This document shows positions 49,485 to 58,695 of a stretch of DNA of 64,000 nt, in pieces. Within the stretch, counting starts at the first letter, position 1. Each line of letters begins with the position of its first letter. The position numbers were made by a program, and so were the translations under genes. This DNA comes from an uncultured delta proteobacterium (lineage in GTDB: Bacteria; Myxococcota; Myxococcia; Myxococcales; Myxococcaceae): the NCBI GenBank assembly GCA_963776345.1, contig CAVZMH010000015.1, positions 384,001-448,000 on the forward strand, read 5' to 3'. Below the pieces are notes generated by a model. That model made no database searches, was not told the DNA's origin, and worked only from the letters and a program-made list of their open reading frames with translations.

Positions 49485-51261
49485 TCAGCCCCTCGGCCGC
49501 GCTGGGCTGGCTCCGACCGGAGGCTGCGCGAGCACTCCCCGGACCGCCGCCGCGATGCCCTCGGCCGACAGGCCGATCGCCCGCCGCTGGGTCCGCGCAT
49601 CCCCGTGGGGCACCGGCGCGTCGGGGAGCCCGAGCGTCCGCACGCGCAGCAGGAGCCCGCGCGTCGCGGCCAGCTCGAGGACCGCGCTCCCGAGCCCCCC
49701 GTGCAGGGTCCCCTCCTCCACCGTGACCACGTGCCCCGTGGCGCAGGCCTCCAGCACTCGCGCGGCGTCCAGCGGGAGGACGCGCGCATCGAGCACCGCG
49801 GTCGGGATCTCGAGCGCCTCGGCGGCCTCCAGCGCGGCGAGCCCCAGCGGTCCGAGCGAGACGATCGCCGCGACGGCGCCCTCGGGCCGCCGCAGCCAGC
49901 GCGCGCCGGCGACCGGTCCGGACTCGACCTCGATCCGCGCCGGCGTGGTGGGCAGCGTTCCGCGCGGGAAGCGGAACGCCGCGGGGCCGGGACCCGCGAG
50001 CGCCGTCTCCAGCACCGGGTCCACGTCCTCGCCAACGGTGGGGGCGTACAGCCGCAGGCCGGGCAACGGCCGGAGCAGGGCCAGGTCGTACGTCCCCTGG
50101 TGCGTCGCCCCGTCGGCGCCCACCAGCCCCGCCCGGTCGACGGCGAAGGTGACCGGCAGCCCGGGCAGCACCACGTCGTGGATGAGCTGGTCCACCGCGC
50201 GCTGGAGGAAGGTGCTGTAGATGCAGACCACCGGCCGCAGCCCGCGGGCGGCGAGCCCCGCGGCGAGCGTCACCGCGTGCTGCTCGGCGATGCCCGCGTC
50301 GTGCACCCTGGACCCGAAGCGCGCCGCGAGCCCGGTCAGCGAGGAGCCCTCGAGCATCGCCGGGGTCACCACCACCACCCGCCCGTCGCGCTCCATCGCC
50401 CGGCCGAGCGCCGCGGCCACCGCATCGGACCAGGTGGGCTGGCCGTGCCGGCTGCGGACCAGCTTGCCGTCGCGCATCTCGTACGGGCCCATGGCGTGGC
50501 CGCGGGTGGCGACGTCCGCCTCCGCCTCGGCGAGCCCGCGCCCCTTCTCCGTCCGCACGTGGACCACGACGGGCCGGCGGCTCCGGCGCGCCTCGACCAA
50601 GCGCCGCCGCGAGCTCGCCGAGCGCGTGCCCGTTCACCGGCCCGAGGTAGGTGAAGCCCAGCGCCTCGAAGAAGGCGCCGGCCCCGCCCCCGGCCAGCAT
50701 CCGCGGCACCGCCCCGACGTTCTCCGAGATGGACATCCCGTTGTCGTTCAGCACCACCACCAGGGGGAGCCCGCTCGCGCCGGCGTCGTTCAGCCCCTCG
50801 AAGGTGAGCCCGCCGGTGAGCGCGCCGTCCCCCACGATGGCCACCGCCCGGCCCCCTGCCCCGGTGTGCGCCCGGGCGAGCGCCATCCCCAGCGCCACGC
50901 TCACCGCGGTGCAGGCATGCCCGGCCGGGAAGGCGTCGAACGGGCTCTCGCGCGGGTCGAGGAACGGCGCCACCCCGGCCTCCTGCCGGAGGGTGTGCAT
51001 CCGCGGGCCGCGGCCGGTGAGGAGCTTGTGCGCGTACGCCTGGTGGCCCACGTCGAAGACCAGGTCGTCGTCGGGCGCGTGGAAGACGCGATGGAGCGCG
51101 ACGATGAGCTCCACTGCCCCCAGCGACGCGCCGAGGTGCCCGCCCACCCGGCCGCAGATGGAGATGATCTCCTGGCGCAGCTCGGCACAGAGGCGCGGGA
51201 GCTCGTCCTCGGGCAGCGCGCGCACGTCCCTCGGCGACAGGACGCGCCCGAGCAGGGTCAC
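49485..51261 (-). CDS. dxs: 1-deoxy-D-xylulose-5-phosphate synthase; frameshift near 50600
   Basis: GGHLGASLG, FDVGHQAYAHK, GDGALTGG, LNDNGMSI, then in another frame TEKGRG, GIAEQH, YSTFLQRA, DRAGLVGADGATHQG. Confidence 0.94.
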
Positions 51262-52142
51262 GTGCTGCGCTCCACGCTGTAGCGGGCCAGCGCGGCCAGC
51301 GGGCCCGGTCTGGGCTCGAGCCCGCGCACCGCGGCCAGCGCCTCGTCCACCAGCGCCCGGGCACGCGCACGGGAGGCCTCGAGACCGAGCACCGCGGGGT
51401 AGGTGTGGCGCCCGGCAGCGGCGTCCGCACCGGTCGGCTTACCCATCGCCTCCGCCGAGGACGTCACGTCGAGCAGGTCGTCGGCGATCTGGAAGGCGAG
51501 CCCCACCGCGTCTCCGTAGCGTTCGGCCGCGGCCACCTGGTCGGGCGTGCCCCCCTCGGCGACGACGCCCAGCGTGCACGCCGCCCGGAGCAGCGCTCCG
51601 GTCTTCGCCCGGTGAAGCCGGGTCAGGTACGCCTCCTCGGCCGGGCGGTCCTCGGCGATGTCCAGCACCTGGCCGCCGACCATGCCCACCGCGCCGGCGG
51701 CCTGCGCGAGCCGCGACACCAGCTCCGCCCGCCGCGGCTCGGGCCCGGTGGCGAGCAGGGTGAAGGCCTCGGTGAGCAGCGCGTCGCCGGCGAGGATGGC
51801 CATCGCCTCGCCGAATACCTTGTGGCTGGTGGGCCGGCCGCGGCGGAGGTCGTCGTCGTCCATCGCCGGGAGGTCGTCGTGCACCAGGCTGTAGGTGTGG
51901 ACGTACTCGAGCGCGCAGGCCGCGTCCTCCGCCGCGGCGCCGGGCGCGCCGCCCCGGACCGCCTCGGCGAAGGCGAGGCAGAGCAGCGGGCGCAGCCGCT
52001 TCCCGCCGGCGAGCAGCGAGTACTCCATCGCCTCGACCAGCCGCCGGGGCGCGGCCTCCAGCCGCCGCAGCCGATCGGCGAGCAGCGACTCGACGCGCGC
52101 CCCGCGCGCCTGGAGCCATGCCTCGAGCTGGAAACCGCTCAT
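51258..52142 (-). CDS. ispA: Farnesyl diphosphate synthase / polyprenyl synthetase
   Basis: GGKRLRP, SLVHDDLPAMDDDDLRRG, GGQ, KT, FQIADDLLD. Confidence 0.93.
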   Translation of the reverse strand: MSGFQLEAWLQARGARVESLLADRLRRLEAAPRRLVEAMEYSLLAGGKRLRPLLCLAFAEAVRGGAPGAAAEDAACALEYVHTYSLVHDDLPAMDDDDLRRGRPTSHKVFGEAMAILAGDALLTEAFTLLATGPEPRRAELVSRLAQAAGAVGMVGGQVLDIAEDRPAEEAYLTRLHRAKTGALLRAACTLGVVAEGGTPDQVAAAERYGDAVGLAFQIADDLLDVTSSAEAMGKPTGADAAAGRHTYPAVLGLEASRARARALVDEALAAVRGLEPRPGPLAALARYSVERST

Positions 52143-52555
52143 GGCCGCAGCCCTCCCGACCGTCGCTCGACCAGCTCGCGCATCCGTCCGAGAAGCGCGT
52201 CGAGGTCGATGGGCTTGGTGAAGTAGCCGTCCGCGCCGGAGGCCAGCCCGGCCTCCACGTCCGCCCGGCCCTTCCGCGAGGAGACGAAGAGCACCGGCAG
52301 CTCGTGCAGCTGCTCGTTCCGCCGAAGCGCGCGGCAGAGCTCGAACCCGTCGATCCACGACATGTTGACGTCGAGCAGCAGGATGTCCGGCCGGTGCAGG
52401 TGGAGGCTGGAGATGAGCTTCACCCCGTTGGCGGCCTGGGAGACGTCGTAACCCTCGATCTCCAGGGCCATCGCCAGCATCTCCCGGGTGTCGCGATCGT
52501 CGTCGACGATGATCGCCGAGCGGCGAGGAGAGCCGTCAGAACGGGATGTCGTCAT
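52139..52555 (-). CDS. Single-domain response regulator
   Basis: IVDDD, LLDVNM, FVSS, FTKP. Confidence 0.9.
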   Translation of the reverse strand: MTTSRSDGSPRRSAIIVDDDRDTREMLAMALEIEGYDVSQAANGVKLISSLHLHRPDILLLDVNMSWIDGFELCRALRRNEQLHELPVLFVSSRKGRADVEAGLASGADGYFTKPIDLDALLGRMRELVERRSGGLRP

Positions 52556-52832
52556 CGTCGGTGCCCGTCGGAGCGGGCTTCGACGGCCCGCCCCGGGTGG
52601 GCTCGAGAGGGACGGTCCGGTCCCCGCCCTTGTGCTCCAGCAATTCCTGGACGCGGAGCTCGGCCTGCTGCAGCAGCGCCTCGCCCCGCTTCACCAGCTG
52701 GATGCCCTTCTCGAACTCCTCCAGCGAGTCCTCGAGGCTCAGCTGGCCCCCTTCGAGCTTCTTGACCACCTCCTCGAGGCGGTCCACGACGTCGCTGTAG
52801 CGCTCGCTGGGCTGCTCTTCTCGGGTGGCCAC
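52536..52832 (-). CDS. xseB: Exodeoxyribonuclease VII small subunit
   Basis: RLEEVVKKLEGGQLSLEDSLEEFEKGIQL...LQQAELRV; extra tail ending DDDDIPF. Confidence 0.93.
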   Translation of the reverse strand: MATREEQPSERYSDVVDRLEEVVKKLEGGQLSLEDSLEEFEKGIQLVKRGEALLQQAELRVQELLEHKGGDRTVPLEPTRGGPSKPAPTGTDDDDIPF

Positions 52833-52893
52833 GGGAGACTGCCTCTACCGCCCGGCCGGGCGAGGCGCAACCGCCGCGGGCCGGCCCGTGTTC

Positions 52894-54699
52894 TCAGTCT
52901 CCCGCTGCGGGTTCGACCCGGGTGATGGTGGCCTCGGCCTCGTCGCACTCCCCGAGCGAGGCGCGCCCGGGCGGCGCCCAGCGGAGCCGAACCGTCGCCC
53001 CGGGCTGCAGCTCGCCGGCGCGGCGGACCAGGTGTCCGTCGTCCGTGCGGTGGACGACAGCGTATCCGCGGGCCATCACCCGGAGCGGGCTCAGCCCGTC
53101 GAGCCGGCCGGCGTGCATCTGCACCGCCCCCTTCGCCTGGGCGAGGCGGGCCCGCGCCACCCGCTCGAGCCGGTGCCGCGCCGAGACCAGGGCCGCGCCC
53201 TCGAGCCCGAGCCGCGCCCTCTGGACCTCGGCCAGCCGCCAGCGCAGCCGCTCCAGCCGCGCCCGGCGCTCGCCGAGCAGAGCCTCGGGGCGGAAGCGCT
53301 CCAGCCGGCCGCGCAGCTCCATCAGCCGCCCGCGCTCGCCCCGGAGCCGCTCGGTCCACAGCCGGCCGAGCGTCCGCTCCTGCTCGATGAGCCCGTGGCG
53401 GCAGCGGGTGACCTCCTGGCGCGGGTCGCGCAGCCGCCGCTCGTGCTGCCGGAGGCGCTCGCGAGCTCGCGCCACGGCGCCGCCGACCGCCTGCCGGAGC
53501 CGGGTACGTGCAGTCCGGAGGTCGTCGAGCAGCGCCTCCCGCTCCGGCGCGAGCAGCTCGGCGGCTGCGCTGGGAGTCGGCGCGCGCGCGTCGGCGACGA
53601 AGTCGGCGATGGTGAAGTCCACCTCGTGGCCCACCGCCGAGACCACTGGCACCGGGCTGGCGGCGATCGCCCGCGCCACGGCCTCCTCGTTGAACGTCCA
53701 GAGGTCCTCGGCGCTGCCTCCTCCGCGCGTGACGACGATGACGTCCACGTCGGTGCGCGCGAGCCGCTGGAGCGCCCGGACCACCTCGTCCGTCGCCCCG
53801 GGGCCCTGGACCCGGGCGTGGCAGAGAAGCACGGAGAGTCGCGGGTTGCGCCGGTGGAGCACGTGGAGGAAGTCTTGGAGCGCCGCACCCGAGCGGCTGG
53901 TCACCACGCCGATGCGCCGGGGCAGGAACGGCAGCGGCCGCGGAGGTCGGAGCCGGTTCTCGCCCATCAGCCCCTCGGCGATGAGCCGGTCCCGGAGCTG
54001 GGCGAAGGCGATCGCCAGGGCGCCGGCGCCGGACGGCTCGATGCGCTGGACGATGAGGTTGTACTGGCCAGCCTTCTCGTACACGTCGAGGTTGCCCTCG
54101 GCGACGACCTCCATCCCCTCTTCCAGGCGGAACCGGAGGCGCTGGACGACGCTGGCCCAGATCTTCACGTCGATGGAGGCGCCGGCGTCCTTGAGCTTGA
54201 AGAACAGGTGGCCGCTGGCGTGAGGCCCCCGGAAGTTGCTGACCTCCCCGCGGACCAGCACCCGGCGGAACCCCTCGACCAGCACGCCCTTCACCGCCTG
54301 GGTGAGCTCGGTGACGGTGAGCACGATTCGCTCGGGCGGCCGCGCGGCCGGGGTGGCGGCGGGCGTCTCGATGCGCACCACCTCGGTGGTGGAGGTCCAC
54401 CGGACGGCCGCTCCCCGCTCCCGCGGTCGCGACGGCGTGAGGTCGACGCGGACGGTCTCGCGGCTGACGGCGAGCTCGGTGCGGGGCTCGGGCTCGAGCG
54501 GCTCGACCTGGCCCCTCGACCGCGCGAGCCGCGGCGGCGGACCGACCGCGGGCGGCTCGACGTCCGGCGGCGGACCGGGAGCTCGCGGCGCTGCGGCCGG
54601 CGTCGCGGGCCTGCGCTCGACCCGGGCCTCGGGCTGACCGAAGAGGTCCCCCTGCTGCGTCGAGGGCGCGGACGGGACGAGGCTCTTGACCTTCTTCAT
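52894..54699 (-). CDS. xseA: Exodeoxyribonuclease VII large subunit with long Pro-rich N-terminal extension
   Basis: LTVTELT, GEVSNF...SGHLFFKLKD, RGGGSAEDLWTFNEE, SAVGHEVD, RAPTPSAAAE, LSPLRVMARGY. Confidence 0.95.
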   Translation of the reverse strand: MKKVKSLVPSAPSTQQGDLFGQPEARVERRPATPAAAPRAPGPPPDVEPPAVGPPPRLARSRGQVEPLEPEPRTELAVSRETVRVDLTPSRPRERGAAVRWTSTTEVVRIETPAATPAARPPERIVLTVTELTQAVKGVLVEGFRRVLVRGEVSNFRGPHASGHLFFKLKDAGASIDVKIWASVVQRLRFRLEEGMEVVAEGNLDVYEKAGQYNLIVQRIEPSGAGALAIAFAQLRDRLIAEGLMGENRLRPPRPLPFLPRRIGVVTSRSGAALQDFLHVLHRRNPRLSVLLCHARVQGPGATDEVVRALQRLARTDVDVIVVTRGGGSAEDLWTFNEEAVARAIAASPVPVVSAVGHEVDFTIADFVADARAPTPSAAAELLAPEREALLDDLRTARTRLRQAVGGAVARARERLRQHERRLRDPRQEVTRCRHGLIEQERTLGRLWTERLRGERGRLMELRGRLERFRPEALLGERRARLERLRWRLAEVQRARLGLEGAALVSARHRLERVARARLAQAKGAVQMHAGRLDGLSPLRVMARGYAVVHRTDDGHLVRRAGELQPGATVRLRWAPPGRASLGECDEAEATITRVEPAAGD

Positions 54700-54770
54700 G
54701 GACACGGGCGTCGGGCTCCAGCGCTGGAGTATGCCGTGGGACTGACGCTCGCCGCTCCCCCCTCGGGCGT

Positions 54771-55979
54771 TCAGCGCTCCGGCGCGTCGGACGGCAGCTG
54801 GAGGGAGAACCCCCGGGCGATCTCCGCGGCCCGCTTCGCCTCCGGGGTACCGGGGAACTCCCGGGTCACCTTGGAGCAGCTGAGCACCGCGTCCGGCCCG
54901 CGCTGGAGCGACGCCTCGAGCTCGCACTGCTCCATGAGCAGCGCCTTCCGCTCGTCACCACGGGCAGTCTCGAGCTTGCGGAGGATCTCGGCGTGCCGGG
55001 CCTCCTGCTCGGGGGTGCCCATCCCCACGCGGGCGGACTGCATCGGAATGGACTGTAGCGTTCCCTTTCCACCTGCGGCCACCGGCGACGCCTTCGCGAG
55101 TGGCTTGCTCGGCAGGGAGGCCTTGCTCGACAACTCGCTCGGTGTGCGCTCGGCGCTGGCGACGGCATCGGAGGCCGCGGCGACCTTCGCGGCGTCCTTC
55201 GGCGACGCCGGGGCTCCTGCTCCCGCCAGGGCGCCTGCCCCGGCAACGGCGCTCGACGCACCGGTGAGGCCCGACACATTCGCGCGGGCAGCGGGACGAT
55301 CCGCGGGCGCGGCTTCGGCATGACGCTGCGCCGGAGCCTCCGCGACCGCCATGCGCTCGGCGGGCGCATCGAGCTTCGCCACGTCCTTCCGCCGGGCCTC
55401 GGCCTCGAAACGGGTCTCCGGGGCACGCCGCCCGGGAGCGGTCTGCTCCTCGACCACCGCCCGCTCCTTCTTCGCCACGAGCGGCTCGGCGGCCGGCGCC
55501 GCGGGCTTCATCGCCGCCGGCCCGGTCGCCCCCTTCTCCTCGTCGCGGGCGCGGTCGCCCTGGACTGGTGCACGCGGCAGCTCGGCCTGGGCCAGCGTGT
55601 CCGGGGCGCTCGGCGCGGTCACCCGGGCCACGCTCTCGGCCTGCTTCTGCGGAGCGGGGAGGACGAGCCAGGCGACGGCGAGCGCCGCGGCCGCCGAGAG
55701 GATTCCGAGGATCCGCAGGCCGCCCCGCCGGGACCGGGCGCGCGCCGCCGCCTGCTCTCCGTAGGCGAGGAGCGACTCCAGGCCGCGCTCGGGGGCCGGT
55801 TCGGTCGGAGCGGACCGGAACGCGCTCCGGACCTTGGCGATGCCATCGAGCGTGCCGCGACACCGGGCGCAGCCGTCGACGTGCTCCCGCAGCGCGCGCG
55901 CCTCGGAGGCAGGCACCTCGCCGTACGCCAGCTCGAGCAGCCGGTCGTCCTCGGGGTGGGCCGGGACCTGGGGCCTCAT
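54771..55979 (-). CDS. Zinc-binding anti-sigma factor (zf-HC2) with TM and extracytoplasmic region
   Basis: HPED...EHVDGCARC (HxxxCxxC), TM segment, ATGA overlap with the ECF sigma gene. Confidence 0.85.
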   Translation of the reverse strand: MRPQVPAHPEDDRLLELAYGEVPASEARALREHVDGCARCRGTLDGIAKVRSAFRSAPTEPAPERGLESLLAYGEQAAARARSRRGGLRILGILSAAAALAVAWLVLPAPQKQAESVARVTAPSAPDTLAQAELPRAPVQGDRARDEEKGATGPAAMKPAAPAAEPLVAKKERAVVEEQTAPGRRAPETRFEAEARRKDVAKLDAPAERMAVAEAPAQRHAEAAPADRPAARANVSGLTGASSAVAGAGALAGAGAPASPKDAAKVAAASDAVASAERTPSELSSKASLPSKPLAKASPVAAGGKGTLQSIPMQSARVGMGTPEQEARHAEILRKLETARGDERKALLMEQCELEASLQRGPDAVLSCSKVTREFPGTPEAKRAAEIARGFSLQLPSDAPER

Positions 55980-56560
55980 GCCACCTGCCCTCCCGCGGGC
56001 GCGTCGATGCCCGCCTCGGTCAGCCGCGTCCGCAGCGCCTCGAGCGCGTAGCGCATCCGGCTCTTCACCGTGGGCTCGGGTGCGCCGGTCATCCGGGCGA
56101 TCTCCTGGAAGGGGATGCCGGCCATCTCACGGAGAAGGAACACCTCACGCTGCGCCTCGGGGAGCGCGGCGATGGCGGACTCGAGTACCGGGCGCAGCTC
56201 GGACGCCGCGGCGGCACGCTCCGGGTCCGCTCCCTCGGCGGACATCCGCTCGGCCTCCAGCGGCTCGGCCGCCCGGGCTCGCTCTCGTCGTGCTCCGTCC
56301 ACGCAGGCATTCCTCGCGATGGTGTACAGCCAGGTGGTGAAGCGTGCACGCGGGCTCCAGTCCGACGACGCCCGCACCACCTTCAGCCAGGTCTCCTGGA
56401 GGATGTCCTCCGCCCGCGCCCGGTCCTGCGTCCACCGCAGGACGAACGCGAACACCGCCGCCCGGTGCCGCCGCACCAGCTCCGGAAAGGCCCGGGCGTC
56501 GCCCCGCTGGAACCTCCGCATCAGGACCTCGTCGGGGGTCGTGTCGTCGGGCGTGTCGAT
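55976..56560 (-). CDS. ECF RNA polymerase sigma factor (start uncertain)
   Basis: DEVLMRRF, AEDILQETWLK, FTTWLYTIARNACVD, LPEAQREVFLLRE, TVKSRMRYA. Confidence 0.9.
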   Translation of the reverse strand: MDTPDDTTPDEVLMRRFQRGDARAFPELVRRHRAAVFAFVLRWTQDRARAEDILQETWLKVVRASSDWSPRARFTTWLYTIARNACVDGARRERARAAEPLEAERMSAEGADPERAAAASELRPVLESAIAALPEAQREVFLLREMAGIPFQEIARMTGAPEPTVKSRMRYALEALRTRLTEAGIDAPAGGQVA

Positions 56561-56660
56561 GCGGCCTCCGCCGGTGCTCCGTCCATGCGCCCTGGAACGC
56601 GAGAGCCCGGCCGATGGATCTACGGCTCGGGGAGAGTGTGTCAGCCCGCCTGGTGGGCTG

Positions 56661-57431
56661 TCATGGGAGGGAGCCCGGGGGGGCCACCTCCTCCACGGGC
56701 ACACCCGGCGGGGGCTCGGGGGTGAAGAGCGAGACATCCGGCTGCTCGCCCAGGTGAAGGTCGGTGTACTGGAGCGCCACCGAGCCCTCGCCCGAGAAGG
56801 TGATGCTGCGCGGAAACGGCGCGCCCCGGACGTCCTCGAAGCCCTCGAAGGTCAGCGTGTACCCGCCCGGGCCGTCCAGGTGGCTCCGCACCACCCGGCG
56901 GCGCCACGGATCCACCCAGAGGTCCTGGGTCCGTCCCCCGGCGCGGAGCGTCACCCGGAAGGCGTTCGCCTCGGCGTCGACGGCGAGCGTGGGCGCCGGG
57001 TCGGCCAGGCGCGGCGCGCGGCCGAGGAGCATCGAGACCAGCTGCTCGGGCGGGAGCGAGACCGGAAGCACGCGGGACACGTTCCCCGCGCTCGCCGCTC
57101 CACGCTGCCACACCCCGGCGTCCGAGGCGTACATCACGAACCGCTGTCCGTCCGAGATGAGGATGCCCGACGGCTTGCCGAAGAAATCGAGCACCTCCAG
57201 GTGGACGGAGGCGGGGGCGGCGGCGGCGACGAAGAGCTGGACGTTGCCCTTCTTCCCGCGAGCGTCTACACGGGCCTTCGCCTGGCTCTGCAGCCGGGCA
57301 ACGTGGGCGTCGACCGCGTCCACCTCGGAGAGCAACGCCGTGGCGTCCGGTGGAGGGACGCTGCGCACGTCCACCCGGGGAGGACAACCAGTGAGCAGGA
57401 GGAGGAACAATGGCCAGCCGCGCCTGTTCAT
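56661..57431 (-). CDS. Lipoprotein, DUF4292/LolB-like
   Basis: Lipobox LTGC; HLEVLDFFGKP...ISDG beta-rich pattern. Confidence 0.65.
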   Translation of the reverse strand: MNRRGWPLFLLLLTGCPPRVDVRSVPPPDATALLSEVDAVDAHVARLQSQAKARVDARGKKGNVQLFVAAAAPASVHLEVLDFFGKPSGILISDGQRFVMYASDAGVWQRGAASAGNVSRVLPVSLPPEQLVSMLLGRAPRLADPAPTLAVDAEANAFRVTLRAGGRTQDLWVDPWRRRVVRSHLDGPGGYTLTFEGFEDVRGAPFPRSITFSGEGSVALQYTDLHLGEQPDVSLFTPEPPPGVPVEEVAPPGSLP

Positions 57432-57482
57432 GGACAGCGAAAACCACGTAACGTCGGTAAAGCTCAAGGATTTGAGGGCGGA

Positions 57483-58205
57483 ATGACCTTGGAAGAGCTG
57501 TCCCACTACCTGCACCTCGGGGGCGCGACCCTGGCGGTGATCCTCGCCTCCTCGGTGCTCGCCATTGGCGTGGCCGTGGAGCGGTGGATCGCGCTCTGGA
57601 ACATGTCCGCCGACTCCCGGGCGCTGACCGACGCCGTGGGCAGGCACCTCCTGCGGGGCGACCTCTCGGCCGCCCGGGGGACCGTGGAGCGATCGGACAG
57701 CCTGCTGTCCGACGTGTACCGGGTGGCATTCGAGCGGCTGGAGCGGAGCCGGACGGTGACCCCCGGGGTCGAGGCCGCGGTGGAGCGCGAGCGGGCGCAG
57801 CTCGGGCTCCGGATGAAGAAGAACCTCTGGATCCTCGGCACCATCGGCGCGACCACGCCCTTCGTCGGCCTCTTCGGCACCGTGGCCGGCATCATGCGGA
57901 GCTTCCGGGAGCTGGGCCTGGACGTGGAGGCCGGCGGCACCGGCGGCACCGCGGCGGTGATGACCGGCATCTCCGAGGCGCTGGTGGCCACGGCGGCGGG
58001 CATCCTGGTGGCGGTCGAGGCGGTCATCCTCTTCAACTACTTCCAGTCGCGCATCGCCCGGCTGATCATCGAGATGCGGCTGCAGATCGAGGAGTTCGTG
58101 GAGCTCCTGCGCGAGCGCCCCCCCGGCCCGCCCCATCCCGAGCTGGCCCCGGTGACCAGCCCCGCCGCCCCGCTGCCCGCCGTCACCACGGCCGGGGCGA
58201 ACTAG
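57483..58205 (+). CDS. MotA/TolQ/ExbB proton-channel protein
   Basis: LGTIGATTPFVGLFGTVAGIM...GISEALVATAAG. Confidence 0.93.
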   Translation: MTLEELSHYLHLGGATLAVILASSVLAIGVAVERWIALWNMSADSRALTDAVGRHLLRGDLSAARGTVERSDSLLSDVYRVAFERLERSRTVTPGVEAAVERERAQLGLRMKKNLWILGTIGATTPFVGLFGTVAGIMRSFRELGLDVEAGGTGGTAAVMTGISEALVATAAGILVAVEAVILFNYFQSRIARLIIEMRLQIEEFVELLRERPPGPPHPELAPVTSPAAPLPAVTTAGAN

Positions 58206-58214
58206 GAACCACGG

Positions 58215-58673
58215 ATGGCGCTCGGACACGTTCCCGGGGCGGAGGACGATGCGGATGACTCGGTCTTCTCCGACATCAACATCACCCCGCTGACCGACAT
58301 CTTCCTGGTGCTGCTCATCATCTTCATGGTGACCAGCTCGGTCATCGTGAACCAGGGCGCCGGCGCGGCGAAGGCGGGGCTCAAAGTCAATCTCCCCAAG
58401 GGCAGCTCGGCGGACGTGATGCCCGCCTCGACGGACCTCTCGGTCGCGGTGCTGAGCGACGGCCGGTTGGTGCTCTCCGGCAACGTGGTGTCGAGCGACG
58501 AGCTGAAGAAGGCGCTCGACGACGCCCGGCAGAAGAACCCCAACACCCTGGTGGTCATCCAGGCCGACGAGGGCGTCCCCCACGGCAGGGTGGTGGAGGT
58601 GATGGAGATGGCGAAGGGCGCGGGCCTCGGCCAGCTCGCCATCGGGGTCCGCGAGGCGCCCGGCGCCAAGTAG
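58215..58673 (+). CDS. ExbD/TolR family protein
   Basis: INITPLTDIFLVLLIIFMV, IQADEGVPHGRVVEVM. Confidence 0.93.
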   Translation: MALGHVPGAEDDADDSVFSDINITPLTDIFLVLLIIFMVTSSVIVNQGAGAAKAGLKVNLPKGSSADVMPASTDLSVAVLSDGRLVLSGNVVSSDELKKALDDARQKNPNTLVVIQADEGVPHGRVVEVMEMAKGAGLGQLAIGVREAPGAK

Positions 58674-58695
58674 CTCCGGGCACCCCCTGTCGTGC

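Noticed and set aside
57483..58673. Calling the ExbB/ExbD-like pair the gliding motor aglR/aglQS
   Set aside because: There is only one TolR-like gene and no diagnostic context; the paralogs cannot be told apart by eye.
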